64,000 nt of DNA, from positions 109,416-173,415 of IMG/VR virus record IMGVR_UViG_3300042878_001497. One strand, 5' to 3'. The stretch comes from a virus. Below, one piece after another: positions 17,281 through 28,405 of the stretch (its first letter is position 1; every line of letters starts with the position of its first letter). The translations under genes and the position numbers were made by a program. The notes below the pieces were generated by a model. It was not told the origin of the DNA and made no database searches. It worked only from the letters and a program-made list of their open reading frames with translations.

Positions 17281-19109
17281 TGGCACAGGAAAGAGATATA
17301 AAATATGTAGGAAAGTCTTTTAGCGATTTTCGTCAACAGTTAGTAGACTACGCTAAAAACTACTTCCCAGACACCTACAACGACTTTTCTCCAACATCAC
17401 CAGGTATGATGTTTATGGAGATGGCAGCTTACGTAGGAGATGTACTCTCATTCTACCAAGACGTACAGCTTCAAGAAACCTTCCTACAGTACGCTAAAGA
17501 ACCAGGTAATCTGTATACATTAGCTTACATGATGGGTTACCGTCCTAAAATAAGCGCAGCTGCAACGGTAGACTTAGACATCTACCAAAGAGTACCTTCC
17601 AAGCTAGTAAGTGGACAATGGATACCAGATTACGATTACGCAGTCACTATTAGTGAAAATTCACAACTACAGTCTACTACTAATCCTCCTGTAAAGTTTC
17701 TTATAGATAATAAGATTAATTTTACCTTCTCAAGCTCTTACGATCCTACAGATGTATCAGTTTATGCAGATGACGGGGTTAAACCCACCTTATTTCTATT
17801 AAAGAAAAAAACTAAAGCTATTTCTGCCGAGGTAAAAACTACCACAATCACAGTAACAGCTCCGGAAAAATTTAGAACTGTTGTAGTAGAGGATACCGAT
17901 ATACTAGGTGTATTAGATATTACAGATGCAAGTAGTAATAGGTGGTACGAAGTACCTTACCTGGCACAAGACAGTATCTTTTTAGATCAGTCAAATAATG
18001 CAGCAGATTCTAGCTTAGTACCCTATACCCTACAGCTTCAAAAAGTACCTAGAAGATTCGTATCAAGATTTAACTCAGCAGGTAATTTAGAAATTCAATT
18101 TGGAGCAGGAACAGTAGGAGGATCCGATACTGTATTCACACCAGATCCTACTAATGTAGGTTTAGGAGATCAAATTATAGGGGTATCTAAAATAGATAAG
18201 GCCTACGACCCTTCAAATTTTATGTTTACAGGAACATATGGTCTAGCTCCTGCTAACACAGTATTGACGATCCGCTACCTAGCCGGCGGCGGAGTTGAAG
18301 CAAACGTACCCTCCGATACCGTAACTACTATCCTATCATCCACTAGAACTGCTACTTTAGCAGGGTATGAAAACACAGTAGCATTCAATAATCCCGCTGC
18401 AGCAGTTGGAGGAAAAGATGGAGATACTTCTGACGAGTTACGTGAAAATAGTTTAAAAGCTTATGCAGAACAGCTGAGAGCTGTAACAAAAGAAGACTAC
18501 ATAATTCGTACCCTATCACTACCTTCTAAGTTTGGATCTGTAGCAAAAGCGTATATAGTTCAAGATCAGCTAAGCTCTACTAAGTCAACTACAGATAATA
18601 TAGTAGACAGTAACCCCTTATCCTTATCTCTATATGTACTAGCTTACGATAATAATAAGAAACTTACTACAGCTTCTAATACTCTCCGAAATAATCTAAA
18701 AACATATCTCTCCCAGTACAGGTTATTAACAGATGCTATCAATATCAAAGATGCATTTGTAGTTAATATTGGGGTAAAGTATGATATTTTGGTATTACCT
18801 AACTACACAGGTAGAGATGTTCTTCTAGCATGCACTCAAGTATTAAAAGAATACTTCTCAGTAGAAAAGTGGTCAATTAACCAGCCTATAAATCTATCTA
18901 CCCTGTATACCCTACTTGATAGAGTTAAAGGAGTTCAAACAGTTCAAAATATTGAAGTAGAAAACAAAGTAGGAGGAGCATACTCACAGTATGCCTACGA
19001 TGTGAAAGGAGCTACTAAGAATAATATTGTATACCCTTCCTACGATCCTTGTATCTTTGAAGTAAAATTCCCAGACACAGACATTACCGGTCGCGTAACT
19101 TCATTGTAA
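17280..19109 (+). CDS. gp6: baseplate wedge subunit, gp6-like
   Basis: DFS..SPGMMFMEMAAYVGDVLSFY, LAYMMGYRP, GGKDGD..ELRE...QLRAVTKEDY. Confidence 0.9.
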   Translation: MAQERDIKYVGKSFSDFRQQLVDYAKNYFPDTYNDFSPTSPGMMFMEMAAYVGDVLSFYQDVQLQETFLQYAKEPGNLYTLAYMMGYRPKISAAATVDLDIYQRVPSKLVSGQWIPDYDYAVTISENSQLQSTTNPPVKFLIDNKINFTFSSSYDPTDVSVYADDGVKPTLFLLKKKTKAISAEVKTTTITVTAPEKFRTVVVEDTDILGVLDITDASSNRWYEVPYLAQDSIFLDQSNNAADSSLVPYTLQLQKVPRRFVSRFNSAGNLEIQFGAGTVGGSDTVFTPDPTNVGLGDQIIGVSKIDKAYDPSNFMFTGTYGLAPANTVLTIRYLAGGGVEANVPSDTVTTILSSTRTATLAGYENTVAFNNPAAAVGGKDGDTSDELRENSLKAYAEQLRAVTKEDYIIRTLSLPSKFGSVAKAYIVQDQLSSTKSTTDNIVDSNPLSLSLYVLAYDNNKKLTTASNTLRNNLKTYLSQYRLLTDAINIKDAFVVNIGVKYDILVLPNYTGRDVLLACTQVLKEYFSVEKWSINQPINLSTLYTLLDRVKGVQTVQNIEVENKVGGAYSQYAYDVKGATKNNIVYPSYDPCIFEVKFPDTDITGRVTSL

Positions 19110-19125
19110 ATATTTATTATAAAAG

Positions 19126-20265
19126 ATGGCAATCTACAGAATTTTTCCTGAGAAGGACGCAACCTTATACTCTAGGTATGAAGCTTCTAATACCGGATTA
19201 GACGAAATCCTTGAGATTAGTTCATTCTACTTAGGAAGTAGTAGCTTTGCTAACAGAACCGTAATTCAGTTTAACAACTCAGAAATTGAGGATGTTATAG
19301 AGAGTAAAATATCCCCGACTGTTATTGCAGGAGGACAGATGGAGTTTTCTGCATCTATTAAACTATACTTAGCAGAAGGAGAGGAAGTACCTACCGGATA
19401 CGCTATTGAAGCTTCCCCTCTGTATGATTCTTGGGATACAGGAACTGGAAAATACGGAGACAACCCAATTAATAAAACAGGAGTAAGCTGGTTTTACACA
19501 AAACCAGGGACACGTTGGACTAACCCTACCCCCGCTAATACAGCAGCTTATTATAATTCTGGAAGCGTAGCTATTGGAGGTGTTTGGTACACCGGCTCTT
19601 ACGGAATTAATCTAGTACACTTCCAATCACATTCCACAGTATCTACTCACGATATTGATCTAGATGTAACACCTTCTGTAAAACTACATTATTCACAGTC
19701 CCAAGGGTTAACAGGTATTACTAACAACGGATTCATTTTAAAGTTAAACAGTGTTAATGAATTTCAAACAGGGAGTCTCACCTTCTTAAAGTACTTCTCT
19801 AGTAACACTCATACCATTTACCCTCCGTGTCTGGAGTTTAAGTGGAATGATTTTGTAACAAGTAGTTTGGTTGCAACTCGAGCGGTAACAGACCCTACCT
19901 GTATTGTAGGTATTAAAAACGCTAAAGACCGTTACACTGATGAAGGTAAGTACCGCTTCCGCTTAAACGTAAGACCTAAATACCCAGCCAGAACTTTTGT
20001 AACCTCTTCAAACTACATCACTCAACACTACTTACCCACAACATCGTACTGGGGACTTAGAGATGAGAATACAGAAGAAATGGTTGTAGATTTTGATACA
20101 ACTTACACAAAGATTAGTAGTGATAACACTAGCAACTACTTCGATGTGTATATGAACGGTTTACAGCCCGAAAGACATTATAGACTTCTAATTAAAACTA
20201 CCATCGACGGATCAACATCAGTACTTGACAACGGAGTAACTTTTAAAGTCGTAAGAAATGGCTGA
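19126..20265 (+). CDS. virion structural protein (DNRLRE-like beta protein)
   Basis: KDATLYS...NTG.DEILE, NNGFILK, FSSNT..IYPP.LE; baseplate context. Confidence 0.55.
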   Translation: MAIYRIFPEKDATLYSRYEASNTGLDEILEISSFYLGSSSFANRTVIQFNNSEIEDVIESKISPTVIAGGQMEFSASIKLYLAEGEEVPTGYAIEASPLYDSWDTGTGKYGDNPINKTGVSWFYTKPGTRWTNPTPANTAAYYNSGSVAIGGVWYTGSYGINLVHFQSHSTVSTHDIDLDVTPSVKLHYSQSQGLTGITNNGFILKLNSVNEFQTGSLTFLKYFSSNTHTIYPPCLEFKWNDFVTSSLVATRAVTDPTCIVGIKNAKDRYTDEGKYRFRLNVRPKYPARTFVTSSNYITQHYLPTTSYWGLRDENTEEMVVDFDTTYTKISSDNTSNYFDVYMNGLQPERHYRLLIKTTIDGSTSVLDNGVTFKVVRNG

Positions 20266-20599
20266 AGAAGTTAAATTACAAAAAACGGTTTACGACCCGG
20301 TTAATTTTAGAAGAGTTGTAGATACTTCCTTCAAAACATTTGCACAACCAGTACCTGCTGTTGATACAGATACCGTAGAGGAGCTTTTTAGACTATACAA
20401 TAAACTGTACTTACGTATACCGGTAGAAGGGGATACAAACTCCCACCAGTACCTAGTGACTGAAAGCTCCAAACTCTACTCACAGCAAGTACAATCAGTA
20501 GATGTACAACCTCTCCTTGACGAGATTACACAGCTCAGACAACAGCTCCTTTCAGCAAATCAGGAAATATTAGCACTTTCAGTACAACAGGGTAAATAA
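20258..20599 (+). CDS. hypothetical baseplate-region protein
   Basis: Overlapping start and stop codons with neighbours. Confidence 0.6.
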   Translation: MAEEVKLQKTVYDPVNFRRVVDTSFKTFAQPVPAVDTDTVEELFRLYNKLYLRIPVEGDTNSHQYLVTESSKLYSQQVQSVDVQPLLDEITQLRQQLLSANQEILALSVQQGK

Positions 20600-23500
20600 T
20601 GGCTACAGTTCAATACAACGTAATTCCAGCTAACACTGCAGATCTAGGAGTTGAAACTTATTCAACTTCTGATACTACATTAGTGAATTCTTTCGCAATC
20701 AACTCTAACTACAATGTTGATGAGCATTTTATAGAACTACACGCTTATTCTGCAGCAGGTGAATTACTGACTTCAGTCTACAATTACCAAAATGAAAAAC
20801 AACTTCTAAACTCAGCAGGAGCTGGTCAGGACGGCGCTAGCACATTATACATTGATCCGGTTTTAGATGCAAATAGTTTAGGATACACTCAAGGTGGAGT
20901 ATCACTCCTATATCATTTTTTAAGACCTATCCTGCCAAGCTCTTTATACATCTCTGATATATCACCAGACAGAACAGAGCTTAGAACTAGAGGAGTAGAA
21001 GTATCTCCTGCATTACTGCAGATATTAACCGACTACAAAACTCAGCTACAAGCTAACTCATACTTCACAGAGTTTCGGTTAAATTTCAAAAATAACGATC
21101 TGTTTATTGGAGTTAATCTTGATATAGAGACAGACGGTAGCGTACTTGTTAAACTATACGAACCGCTTCCTGCCAACATACTATTAAAGAACACTTTCGA
21201 ACTGGTAGAACTAGTAGCAGACAGTATATCTTATCAGGTAGAGGCTACGTTTACTCCAGAACCAGAACAACCAGTATTTTTAAAAGGACCGAATTTTACA
21301 TTAGAGGATAGAGAACAAAACGTACTCAACACCGGCTACCTTAACTACAATGAGCTTTTCTCGTATCCCGTTACAGGAAGCTACCATAAGTTACTACTTC
21401 AAGCCAGTCAAAGCGGGATACAGGTCAGTATAGATTATTCAGACTACAGCAACTTCATACACTTCTCATCAGCCCAAGAGAGGTTAGAGAACTTTAATTA
21501 CAAAATAGGTCTAGTACAGTACTACGAGAGTAAATCTATCTCTATCAAGAGTACACTATCAGTAAACGCTTCTGCTGCAGTGAGTGAAAGCAGTACATAT
21601 TATGATAATTTAGTAAGCGGTATTATTGGAAAGTTTGACGGATATGAACAGTATCTTTACTTTGAGAGTACAAGCTTTGCTTGGCCTAAATCAAACAACC
21701 TACCTCCTTACATAAATCTTACCGGATCAAGCGCTACGGTAACTAACTGGTACACTACTCAATTTGCATCAGCCTCTCTATACGACGAACTGAATCAGAG
21801 CAACTTAGTGTATACTGTTCCGGAATTTATCCGCCAGGATGATGCTAACGCACCGTATTCGGTATTTTTAAACATGATCGGTCAGCATTTTGACAACATC
21901 TGGATTTATGCTAAAGCTGTTACCGATAAGTATGATGCTGATAATAGACTTGACTACGGAATCTCTAAAGATCTAGTCGGGGAAGCCCTTAGAAGCTTTG
22001 GAGTAAAGTTATACTCCTCAAACTTCTCAGTAGCCTCCCTTTCATCCTTACTGCTAGGAGAGTGGTACGATAGCGGATCTGAACAAATTACATCATTTGT
22101 AACTGCTTCAAACTCCCCTACCCCTGATAAAGATATCATCCAGGAAACTTACAAGAGACTGTACCATAACCTTCCTTACCTTATTAAGACAAAGGGAACC
22201 GAGCGCGGTTTAAGGGCGCTTATTAACTGCTTTGGCATACCTAGCGGGTCTTTAGAAATTAAAGAATTCGGTGGAGTTGGTAGATCTTCTCCTATTTACT
22301 TTGCAGCTGAAACAGGCTCTGTAGATAAAATCAGAATAAGTAATACAGGAAGCATTGTACCGGGAAATACGCTCTCTCAGTATACTTCTATTCAAAACCC
22401 TGCAGGAGAATATACAGAAGATATTCATACACTAGAAGTAGGCTTCTCACCTACCTATTACGTAGATAAGTACATAGTCGACAACATCACCAGCAGCTTC
22501 AATATAGATAACTACATTGGAGACCCTAGAACAGCTCACGATTCTAGATACACAACCCTACAGCCCTTCATCTCTTCAAGCCTTGGCAATTTATCAAGAT
22601 ACGATATGTTTGACTTTGTCAGACTTATTAAGTTCTTTGATAACCAGGTCTTCAAGATGGTAAAAGATTTTGTACCTGTAAGAGCAAGTGCAACAACAGG
22701 TATTATTATCAAGCCTCACCTGCTAGAAAGAGGTAAGATAAAACAACCTACTCTATCCCTTACCCAGCCGGAATACTCTGCTTCTATTAACACAGCTTTC
22801 TTAGAAGCCCAGGATGGAGGAGTGATTAATGAACTCTCTACAACTAATACAGTTGAAATAAAAACTCCTGCAGGAACTGTTACAGAAACTAAAACTACCG
22901 GAGTTGAGAAATATAACGGAGAACTAGGAGGTTCTTTTATAGACGTAGTAACAGGAGAGCTTAATGATGAAAATCCATTCAAGCATGAAGTACACCCGGA
23001 ACTTAACTACTCATTAACAGAGTACCTATCAACCCTTACCCCGGCGCCAGGATTTGATGAAGTAACAGCAAACGATTTTCTAACCCAGGTTATATCAGTA
23101 GGAAATATGCACTTTTTCTGGGAGTATAATTCCAAAGGAGGGTATAACTACCTTAGATATATTCGCTTTAGGAACACACTAACAGGGGGGGTAGACATAT
23201 ACACCTCTGTATTAGAGCTGGAAAAAATAAAGATAGCGGGAGTTGAATATCCTTTCTTAAATAAAACAGTAACTACGTCCACAACCGTACTAACACTAGG
23301 AGACCCAGGATCAGGCCTAGGACTTAGCCCCGCCGCATACCCAACTACTCCCACAACAGTACAGGTAATTTTACAGCCATATTTACCATCTACTTTTGAA
23401 AACTCTGATTATAATCCTCTACTAAACAACGCTACTGCAATTGCAAATTCTGCAAAATTACGTAAGGTTGATTATTCAAATGGAGTTATGGTTCCAAGTA

Positions 23501-25326
23501 ATATTCAAGCTTTGAGAGACAATACAGCAGATATAGCTGACGTACAGGAGTACCTTTACAACAGTGCAGGCATTGTTAGCGGCAGATATACAGGTAAACA
23601 GCTTTTTGCAGAACAGGTTAACGTATTCAACAGAGCAACTGATAAATCCTACGGAAGCACTCCAGTAATAGAGCAGACAGTGCCGTATTTTGGAACTTTC
23701 AGTCAAATGTCAGCAACTCAAGACCTACTTAATGCTGTTGAGATGACTATTCCTTATGTGACGTTTCAAAACGGCGACATTTATTCTTCTAATACTAATC
23801 CCGATACTGCTAAAGATATGCAATTTATCTTTACAGAGAATAAAAATGCTACCATACTTTTTAAAACTAACACATCAGGTTCTAGAAAGGTGCTTGCACT
23901 TAACGGAGAGTATAGAATTAAAAAAGGAGGAAAGAGAGTTGAACCTATCCTAGTTACTCAAAGTGGATCGTTTAATTCTACCGGAAAACTAGTAACAACT
24001 TCAGGATCTTATTTTAATACGATATTCTTTGGCGAAGATACCGGCGTTGGAGAATACAGGCTGCAAGGAGTAGCTTCAGGATCTACCGACCGAGCTACAC
24101 AGATTACGAATAGCTCAACCCTAATCGTGTACTTTGCAACTGCCAGCAGCGGTAACACCCTCGCTAGATGGGATGTACCTGATCGTGCGTATAGTCTCCC
24201 ATCTATACAAGCTAACACAAGTATAAAGTACGATACTGATGTATATCTTGAATTCGATAGAGATGGCTCAAAATGGTCAGACAGTATTTCTGTAGACGTA
24301 GTGTTAGAATACTACGACGGAAGTACTTGGACGACTCTAGATACTAAAACTATTAAACCAACCTGGAATAGGTCTGGAGTCAAACACGAACAGCCTGATG
24401 GTATTGATATCGTAGGACACGTAGAATCTGGAACCGCCGGCGTAGTTTACGTGTACGTAAAAGCTACTATGTCTACTGGGTTTATACCTTTCGGTTCAAG
24501 CTTAACTACTCAAAAAATAAGAGTAAAAGTTGTAAATAATACAACCGGGAACGACGATGTGTACCTTCTAGACTATATTGATGTATACAAAGCAGGAGGG
24601 TGGCCTGCAATAAAGGCTAGAGAGAATATATACAGAGGAACAAATTATAGTGCGTTTGGATCTTTCGGTCCCGCTATCACTACTGTTGTACACGGACCTA
24701 AATTTCAAACACCCCCAGATTACAGAAAACTTAAATCAAACTTTGCAGTAGATCAGGAAGTTAAACCACAAGGATCGGTTATTTTTCCAACTAGTCAAGC
24801 TGTTGTACCTTTTGCTCCGTCTGAATACCACCCTACCTCTAGTGTAGGTACTAGTATTACAAGCGCTGCCTTCAATCCCTACATATGGGTATCTTCCAGT
24901 CTCACTGAAAATTTCGGAGCTTTTCAAACCTCTGACAACCATGAAAGCTTAGGGTTCAAAGAATTTATAACTCCGTTTACAATTCAACTAGGAGATGAAT
25001 TAAGAGCAGAAGGTAACGAGAATAAAGTTTATACAGTTATTGACATCTGGGAGAAAGGGGACAGTCGAATAAACAATAGTCATTTATTTGCAGCTAGACC
25101 AGATAAAGGAATGGTAATAAAAGTAGCTCCCCCTGTTCCACGCGGCACTTTACTTTCTAACATCTTAATTAGAAGGTACGTAGATGACCCAACAAAAGTA
25201 CTCCTATATACTTCAAACCCAAAAACAGTCGATGAGTTTGGAACTATTACCCCGCAATACATCTCCCAGGATCTTCAAGCAAACTTTGAAAGTTATGCGG
25301 ACAAAGCCTTCACATTAATACAGTAA
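20599..25326 (+). CDS. large baseplate wedge protein (gp7/P2 gpI-like)
   Basis: FLNMIGQHFD and LPYLIKTKGTERGLRALINCFG (KGT..G motif); 1575 aa. Confidence 0.7.
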   Translation: MATVQYNVIPANTADLGVETYSTSDTTLVNSFAINSNYNVDEHFIELHAYSAAGELLTSVYNYQNEKQLLNSAGAGQDGASTLYIDPVLDANSLGYTQGGVSLLYHFLRPILPSSLYISDISPDRTELRTRGVEVSPALLQILTDYKTQLQANSYFTEFRLNFKNNDLFIGVNLDIETDGSVLVKLYEPLPANILLKNTFELVELVADSISYQVEATFTPEPEQPVFLKGPNFTLEDREQNVLNTGYLNYNELFSYPVTGSYHKLLLQASQSGIQVSIDYSDYSNFIHFSSAQERLENFNYKIGLVQYYESKSISIKSTLSVNASAAVSESSTYYDNLVSGIIGKFDGYEQYLYFESTSFAWPKSNNLPPYINLTGSSATVTNWYTTQFASASLYDELNQSNLVYTVPEFIRQDDANAPYSVFLNMIGQHFDNIWIYAKAVTDKYDADNRLDYGISKDLVGEALRSFGVKLYSSNFSVASLSSLLLGEWYDSGSEQITSFVTASNSPTPDKDIIQETYKRLYHNLPYLIKTKGTERGLRALINCFGIPSGSLEIKEFGGVGRSSPIYFAAETGSVDKIRISNTGSIVPGNTLSQYTSIQNPAGEYTEDIHTLEVGFSPTYYVDKYIVDNITSSFNIDNYIGDPRTAHDSRYTTLQPFISSSLGNLSRYDMFDFVRLIKFFDNQVFKMVKDFVPVRASATTGIIIKPHLLERGKIKQPTLSLTQPEYSASINTAFLEAQDGGVINELSTTNTVEIKTPAGTVTETKTTGVEKYNGELGGSFIDVVTGELNDENPFKHEVHPELNYSLTEYLSTLTPAPGFDEVTANDFLTQVISVGNMHFFWEYNSKGGYNYLRYIRFRNTLTGGVDIYTSVLELEKIKIAGVEYPFLNKTVTTSTTVLTLGDPGSGLGLSPAAYPTTPTTVQVILQPYLPSTFENSDYNPLLNNATAIANSAKLRKVDYSNGVMVPSNIQALRDNTADIADVQEYLYNSAGIVSGRYTGKQLFAEQVNVFNRATDKSYGSTPVIEQTVPYFGTFSQMSATQDLLNAVEMTIPYVTFQNGDIYSSNTNPDTAKDMQFIFTENKNATILFKTNTSGSRKVLALNGEYRIKKGGKRVEPILVTQSGSFNSTGKLVTTSGSYFNTIFFGEDTGVGEYRLQGVASGSTDRATQITNSSTLIVYFATASSGNTLARWDVPDRAYSLPSIQANTSIKYDTDVYLEFDRDGSKWSDSISVDVVLEYYDGSTWTTLDTKTIKPTWNRSGVKHEQPDGIDIVGHVESGTAGVVYVYVKATMSTGFIPFGSSLTTQKIRVKVVNNTTGNDDVYLLDYIDVYKAGGWPAIKARENIYRGTNYSAFGSFGPAITTVVHGPKFQTPPDYRKLKSNFAVDQEVKPQGSVIFPTSQAVVPFAPSEYHPTSSVGTSITSAAFNPYIWVSSSLTENFGAFQTSDNHESLGFKEFITPFTIQLGDELRAEGNENKVYTVIDIWEKGDSRINNSHLFAARPDKGMVIKVAPPVPRGTLLSNILIRRYVDDPTKVLLYTSNPKTVDEFGTITPQYISQDLQANFESYADKAFTLIQ

Positions 25327-25373
25327 TCTAAAACCTCCCTTAGGCTCTATTTATAATTAAAATCTAACAAGAA

Positions 25374-26027
25374 ATGGGATATTTAAATAACTCAGTAGTA
25401 ACAGTTGATGCGATCCTTACCAAAAAAGGTAGAGAGCTTCTAGCAAGAGGCGACGGATCTTTCCGCATCACTCAATTCGCTCTATCTGACGATGAAATCG
25501 ACTACACACTTTACAATACTTCTCACCCTTCAGGCTCTGCCTACTATGGAGAAGCTATTGAAGCTATGCCGCTACTTGAAGCATTCCCAGACGAGACTCA
25601 AATTATGAAGTACAAGCTTACTACTCTTCCTAGAGGTACAGCTCGTCTTCCAATCCTAGCTACCAAGTCTGTAGTAACATTAAAGCAAGGTCAATCAGAG
25701 GCTATCACCCCTCAGACCCTTAACTACCTCGGTAACAATCAGACTTTTGAAACAAGCGGATATACGTTTACAATTGCTGATGCAAGAGTTGCTTCTGCAT
25801 TCCAAGGAGTAGGAATCAACACAGAAGAAGCAAATAGACTAAATAACACTACAACTCTTGGAACAAATGTATCTAAGACTGTAATTGGAACTAGCCTGAA
25901 CATCACAGCTACAAACGTAAACACTCTATTTGGAACCAATACCCAGCTACAAACCACTCTAACCATTATCGGCAGAGATTCAGGAGCTAGAGTGACCATT
26001 CCTGTAACAATTACAAAAGTAAATTAA
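25374..26027 (+). CDS. baseplate/tail-collar structural protein
   Basis: AILTKKGRELLA...ITQFALSDDEIDY (LT..G...ITxFAL collar-like N-terminus). Confidence 0.6.
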   Translation: MGYLNNSVVTVDAILTKKGRELLARGDGSFRITQFALSDDEIDYTLYNTSHPSGSAYYGEAIEAMPLLEAFPDETQIMKYKLTTLPRGTARLPILATKSVVTLKQGQSEAITPQTLNYLGNNQTFETSGYTFTIADARVASAFQGVGINTEEANRLNNTTTLGTNVSKTVIGTSLNITATNVNTLFGTNTQLQTTLTIIGRDSGARVTIPVTITKVN

Positions 26028-26033
26028 TAGCAT

Positions 26034-27050
26034 ATGTCATTTAAAAGATTTGACGCCGAAGACTTAGTAATCGCTTCCGAAGCTGTATCAGCCCCGGTTT
26101 GGTCAACAGGAGATCCCATACTTTCAACTCTCTTTACATCCTCTACTCAACCTAATCTAGAGTCAGGTAAGTTTTACTACGATGTATACCAGACAGGTTC
26201 AACTTTAGAAAACGCAGCAGTACAGTTTTCAATTGCTTACGGCGATTTAGACGGTTCAGGATCTGCTCCTTATAACCCTTCTGTTGTAGGTAAATCACCT
26301 TCTTCTACAATCTACGGACAGTATAGAACATTAGTGTTAGGAGACGAAGAAACCTCATTTAGCTTTGGTGGAGTAAATCAAGAATATTTTTACGCTATTG
26401 CTATTGATAGAGACAGATTCAAAGAATCTCTACTGCCAGCTTCTTTTAATTTAACTTTAAAGAATACGAGCAATAAAACTTTAAAGCTAACAGACAATAG
26501 CGCGGCAGTTACTACAGTAAGTTACAATGATGCAGGTAGAGTCTACCAAGTGGTCAGTGGATCTAACGGCACTCCCTACACCGGAGTTAATGCAAATGGA
26601 TATACAGGTACTTCAGGATCTTACGGACTATTCCTTCCAGACGTCGGAGTGATCCTACTAAACGGAGCAGCACTTGATATCAGCGGTACTGCGGAAGGCG
26701 TAGCACTTGGTACTACTAGAGGAACTACAAATGCAGGTAATCCTGGAAAGCTTTTCCAACTAATTAACTCAGGTAGCTCATTCCAACTTAATTACAAAGA
26801 AACAGTAACTTCTCAGTTTGTTTTTGCTAGAGTAAGAAACAGCGAGTTCAACTACTCTACTAACCCTTCTTACATTACAGGATCCGGGGATCTTAGAATT
26901 AGCAGTATGTTAGATACTCCGCAGAGCTACATCACAACAGTAGGTATGTATAATGATAATAACGAGCTTGTAGCAGTAGCTAAACTATCAAGACCTCTAC
27001 TAAAAGACTTTACTAAAGAAGCTCTTATCAGAATCAAGCTTGATTTCTAA
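26034..27050 (+). CDS. baseplate/tail-collar structural protein
   Basis: C-terminus EFNYSTNPS...YITTVGMYNDNNELVAVAKLSRP...IKLDF. Confidence 0.6.
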   Translation: MSFKRFDAEDLVIASEAVSAPVWSTGDPILSTLFTSSTQPNLESGKFYYDVYQTGSTLENAAVQFSIAYGDLDGSGSAPYNPSVVGKSPSSTIYGQYRTLVLGDEETSFSFGGVNQEYFYAIAIDRDRFKESLLPASFNLTLKNTSNKTLKLTDNSAAVTTVSYNDAGRVYQVVSGSNGTPYTGVNANGYTGTSGSYGLFLPDVGVILLNGAALDISGTAEGVALGTTRGTTNAGNPGKLFQLINSGSSFQLNYKETVTSQFVFARVRNSEFNYSTNPSYITGSGDLRISSMLDTPQSYITTVGMYNDNNELVAVAKLSRPLLKDFTKEALIRIKLDF

Positions 27051-27054
27051 ATGA

Positions 27055-27948
27055 ATGAGTGCATTTATAAAGCTAAACAAACAGGATGCATTCGTAACTC
27101 CTTATACCGCGTATAAGAGCTGGTCTATTAGTAGCGCTAGTCTGCAAGACTACAGCATCGAAACTTTTACAGCTGAAGCTACAGGATCATATACGGGTAT
27201 CTTTAGCCCGATTTTATCAGATACTAGCGGTCAATCTAACTCGGAATACAACACCCTAATACACAGGTCCCTAAAACATCTATATTACTCCGGTGTTTTT
27301 ACAGGAGCAGAAACTAGTAGCTCTTTTGAAGACTACAAACAAACTGATATACAGCCTAGTATGTCTCGAGCTATTTCTAACGATCTACTAGTTGTTAGTA
27401 TTCCTCGTAACATTGTAGGGTCTGCAATCAAACCCGGTACCTTTTCACTAGGAACTGAAGCAGCAATCTCTGCTTACGTTTCAGGAGGTTACGTTAGTCC
27501 TGGCTATGTAGTAGGATCAACCTCAGGAAGCTTTATTATATACGATGACGGAGAAGGTAAACTACTAGTAAGCGGTAGTGTTGCAAAAATTGGAGATATA
27601 ATCTACCCTCACGGTCTTGCAATACTAACCGATTCAGCCTCAATCTCTTCGATACAGTCTCTACCGAGCTACAGTATGCATTGGCAATCTACCTACGAAG
27701 TATATACCCATAACTACAAATGCAGAGTAAGAGAACAGGACTTTAATTACTCTCAGAATCCTTCAATTAAATCAGGAAGCAACGGAGACATTTATGACTT
27801 TGCTACCGGAAGTTATTTCCAACCTTATGTAACAACAGTTGGATTATACAATGATTCTAACGAACTTATAGCAGTAGGAAAGTTAGGTCAACCTATACCT
27901 AAGTCAAGGTATAACGATATGACTTTCGTCATTACATTAGACATTTAA
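27055..27948 (+). CDS. baseplate/tail-collar structural protein (paralog of 26034)
   Basis: C-terminus DFNYSQNPS...YVTTVGLYNDSNELIAVGKLGQP...TLDI. Confidence 0.6.
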   Translation: MSAFIKLNKQDAFVTPYTAYKSWSISSASLQDYSIETFTAEATGSYTGIFSPILSDTSGQSNSEYNTLIHRSLKHLYYSGVFTGAETSSSFEDYKQTDIQPSMSRAISNDLLVVSIPRNIVGSAIKPGTFSLGTEAAISAYVSGGYVSPGYVVGSTSGSFIIYDDGEGKLLVSGSVAKIGDIIYPHGLAILTDSASISSIQSLPSYSMHWQSTYEVYTHNYKCRVREQDFNYSQNPSIKSGSNGDIYDFATGSYFQPYVTTVGLYNDSNELIAVGKLGQPIPKSRYNDMTFVITLDI

Positions 27949-27952
27949 AACT

Positions 27953-28405
27953 ATGACTGAACCTACCTGGACTTATAAGGGTAGGGGTATCACTGAGATT
28001 TCTGACATGCCGGAAGGCACTTACGGATTTATCTATCAGATTACTCACACCCCTACCAACAAAAAATACCTCGGCAAAAAAGTCGTATACTTTACCCGCA
28101 AGGTAAAACTTACTAAAAAAGAGATTGCCGAACAGACTGGTCCTGGCCGCAAGCCAACTACCAAGCTCGTTACCAAAGAAAGTGATTGGGATAGTTACTA
28201 TGGATCAAATAAAGAGTTTCTAACCCTAACTAGAACCTACCCTAAAGAAGAATTCCAGAAAGAAATCCTAGAGTTTGTATCTTCCAAAAAGATGCTTACT
28301 TACTTTGAGTGTAAATATTTATTTAAATACGATGCTATTGAGAATAATCCTTTATACTACAATGATAACATCCTAGGTAAATTCTACAGGAAAGATTTTC
28401 TATGA
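27953..28405 (+). CDS. GIY-YIG (Seg-like) endonuclease
   Basis: YGFIYQIT...KKYLGKK...ESDWDSYYGS...FQKEILE...YYNDNI. Confidence 0.8.
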   Translation: MTEPTWTYKGRGITEISDMPEGTYGFIYQITHTPTNKKYLGKKVVYFTRKVKLTKKEIAEQTGPGRKPTTKLVTKESDWDSYYGSNKEFLTLTRTYPKEEFQKEILEFVSSKKMLTYFECKYLFKYDAIENNPLYYNDNILGKFYRKDFL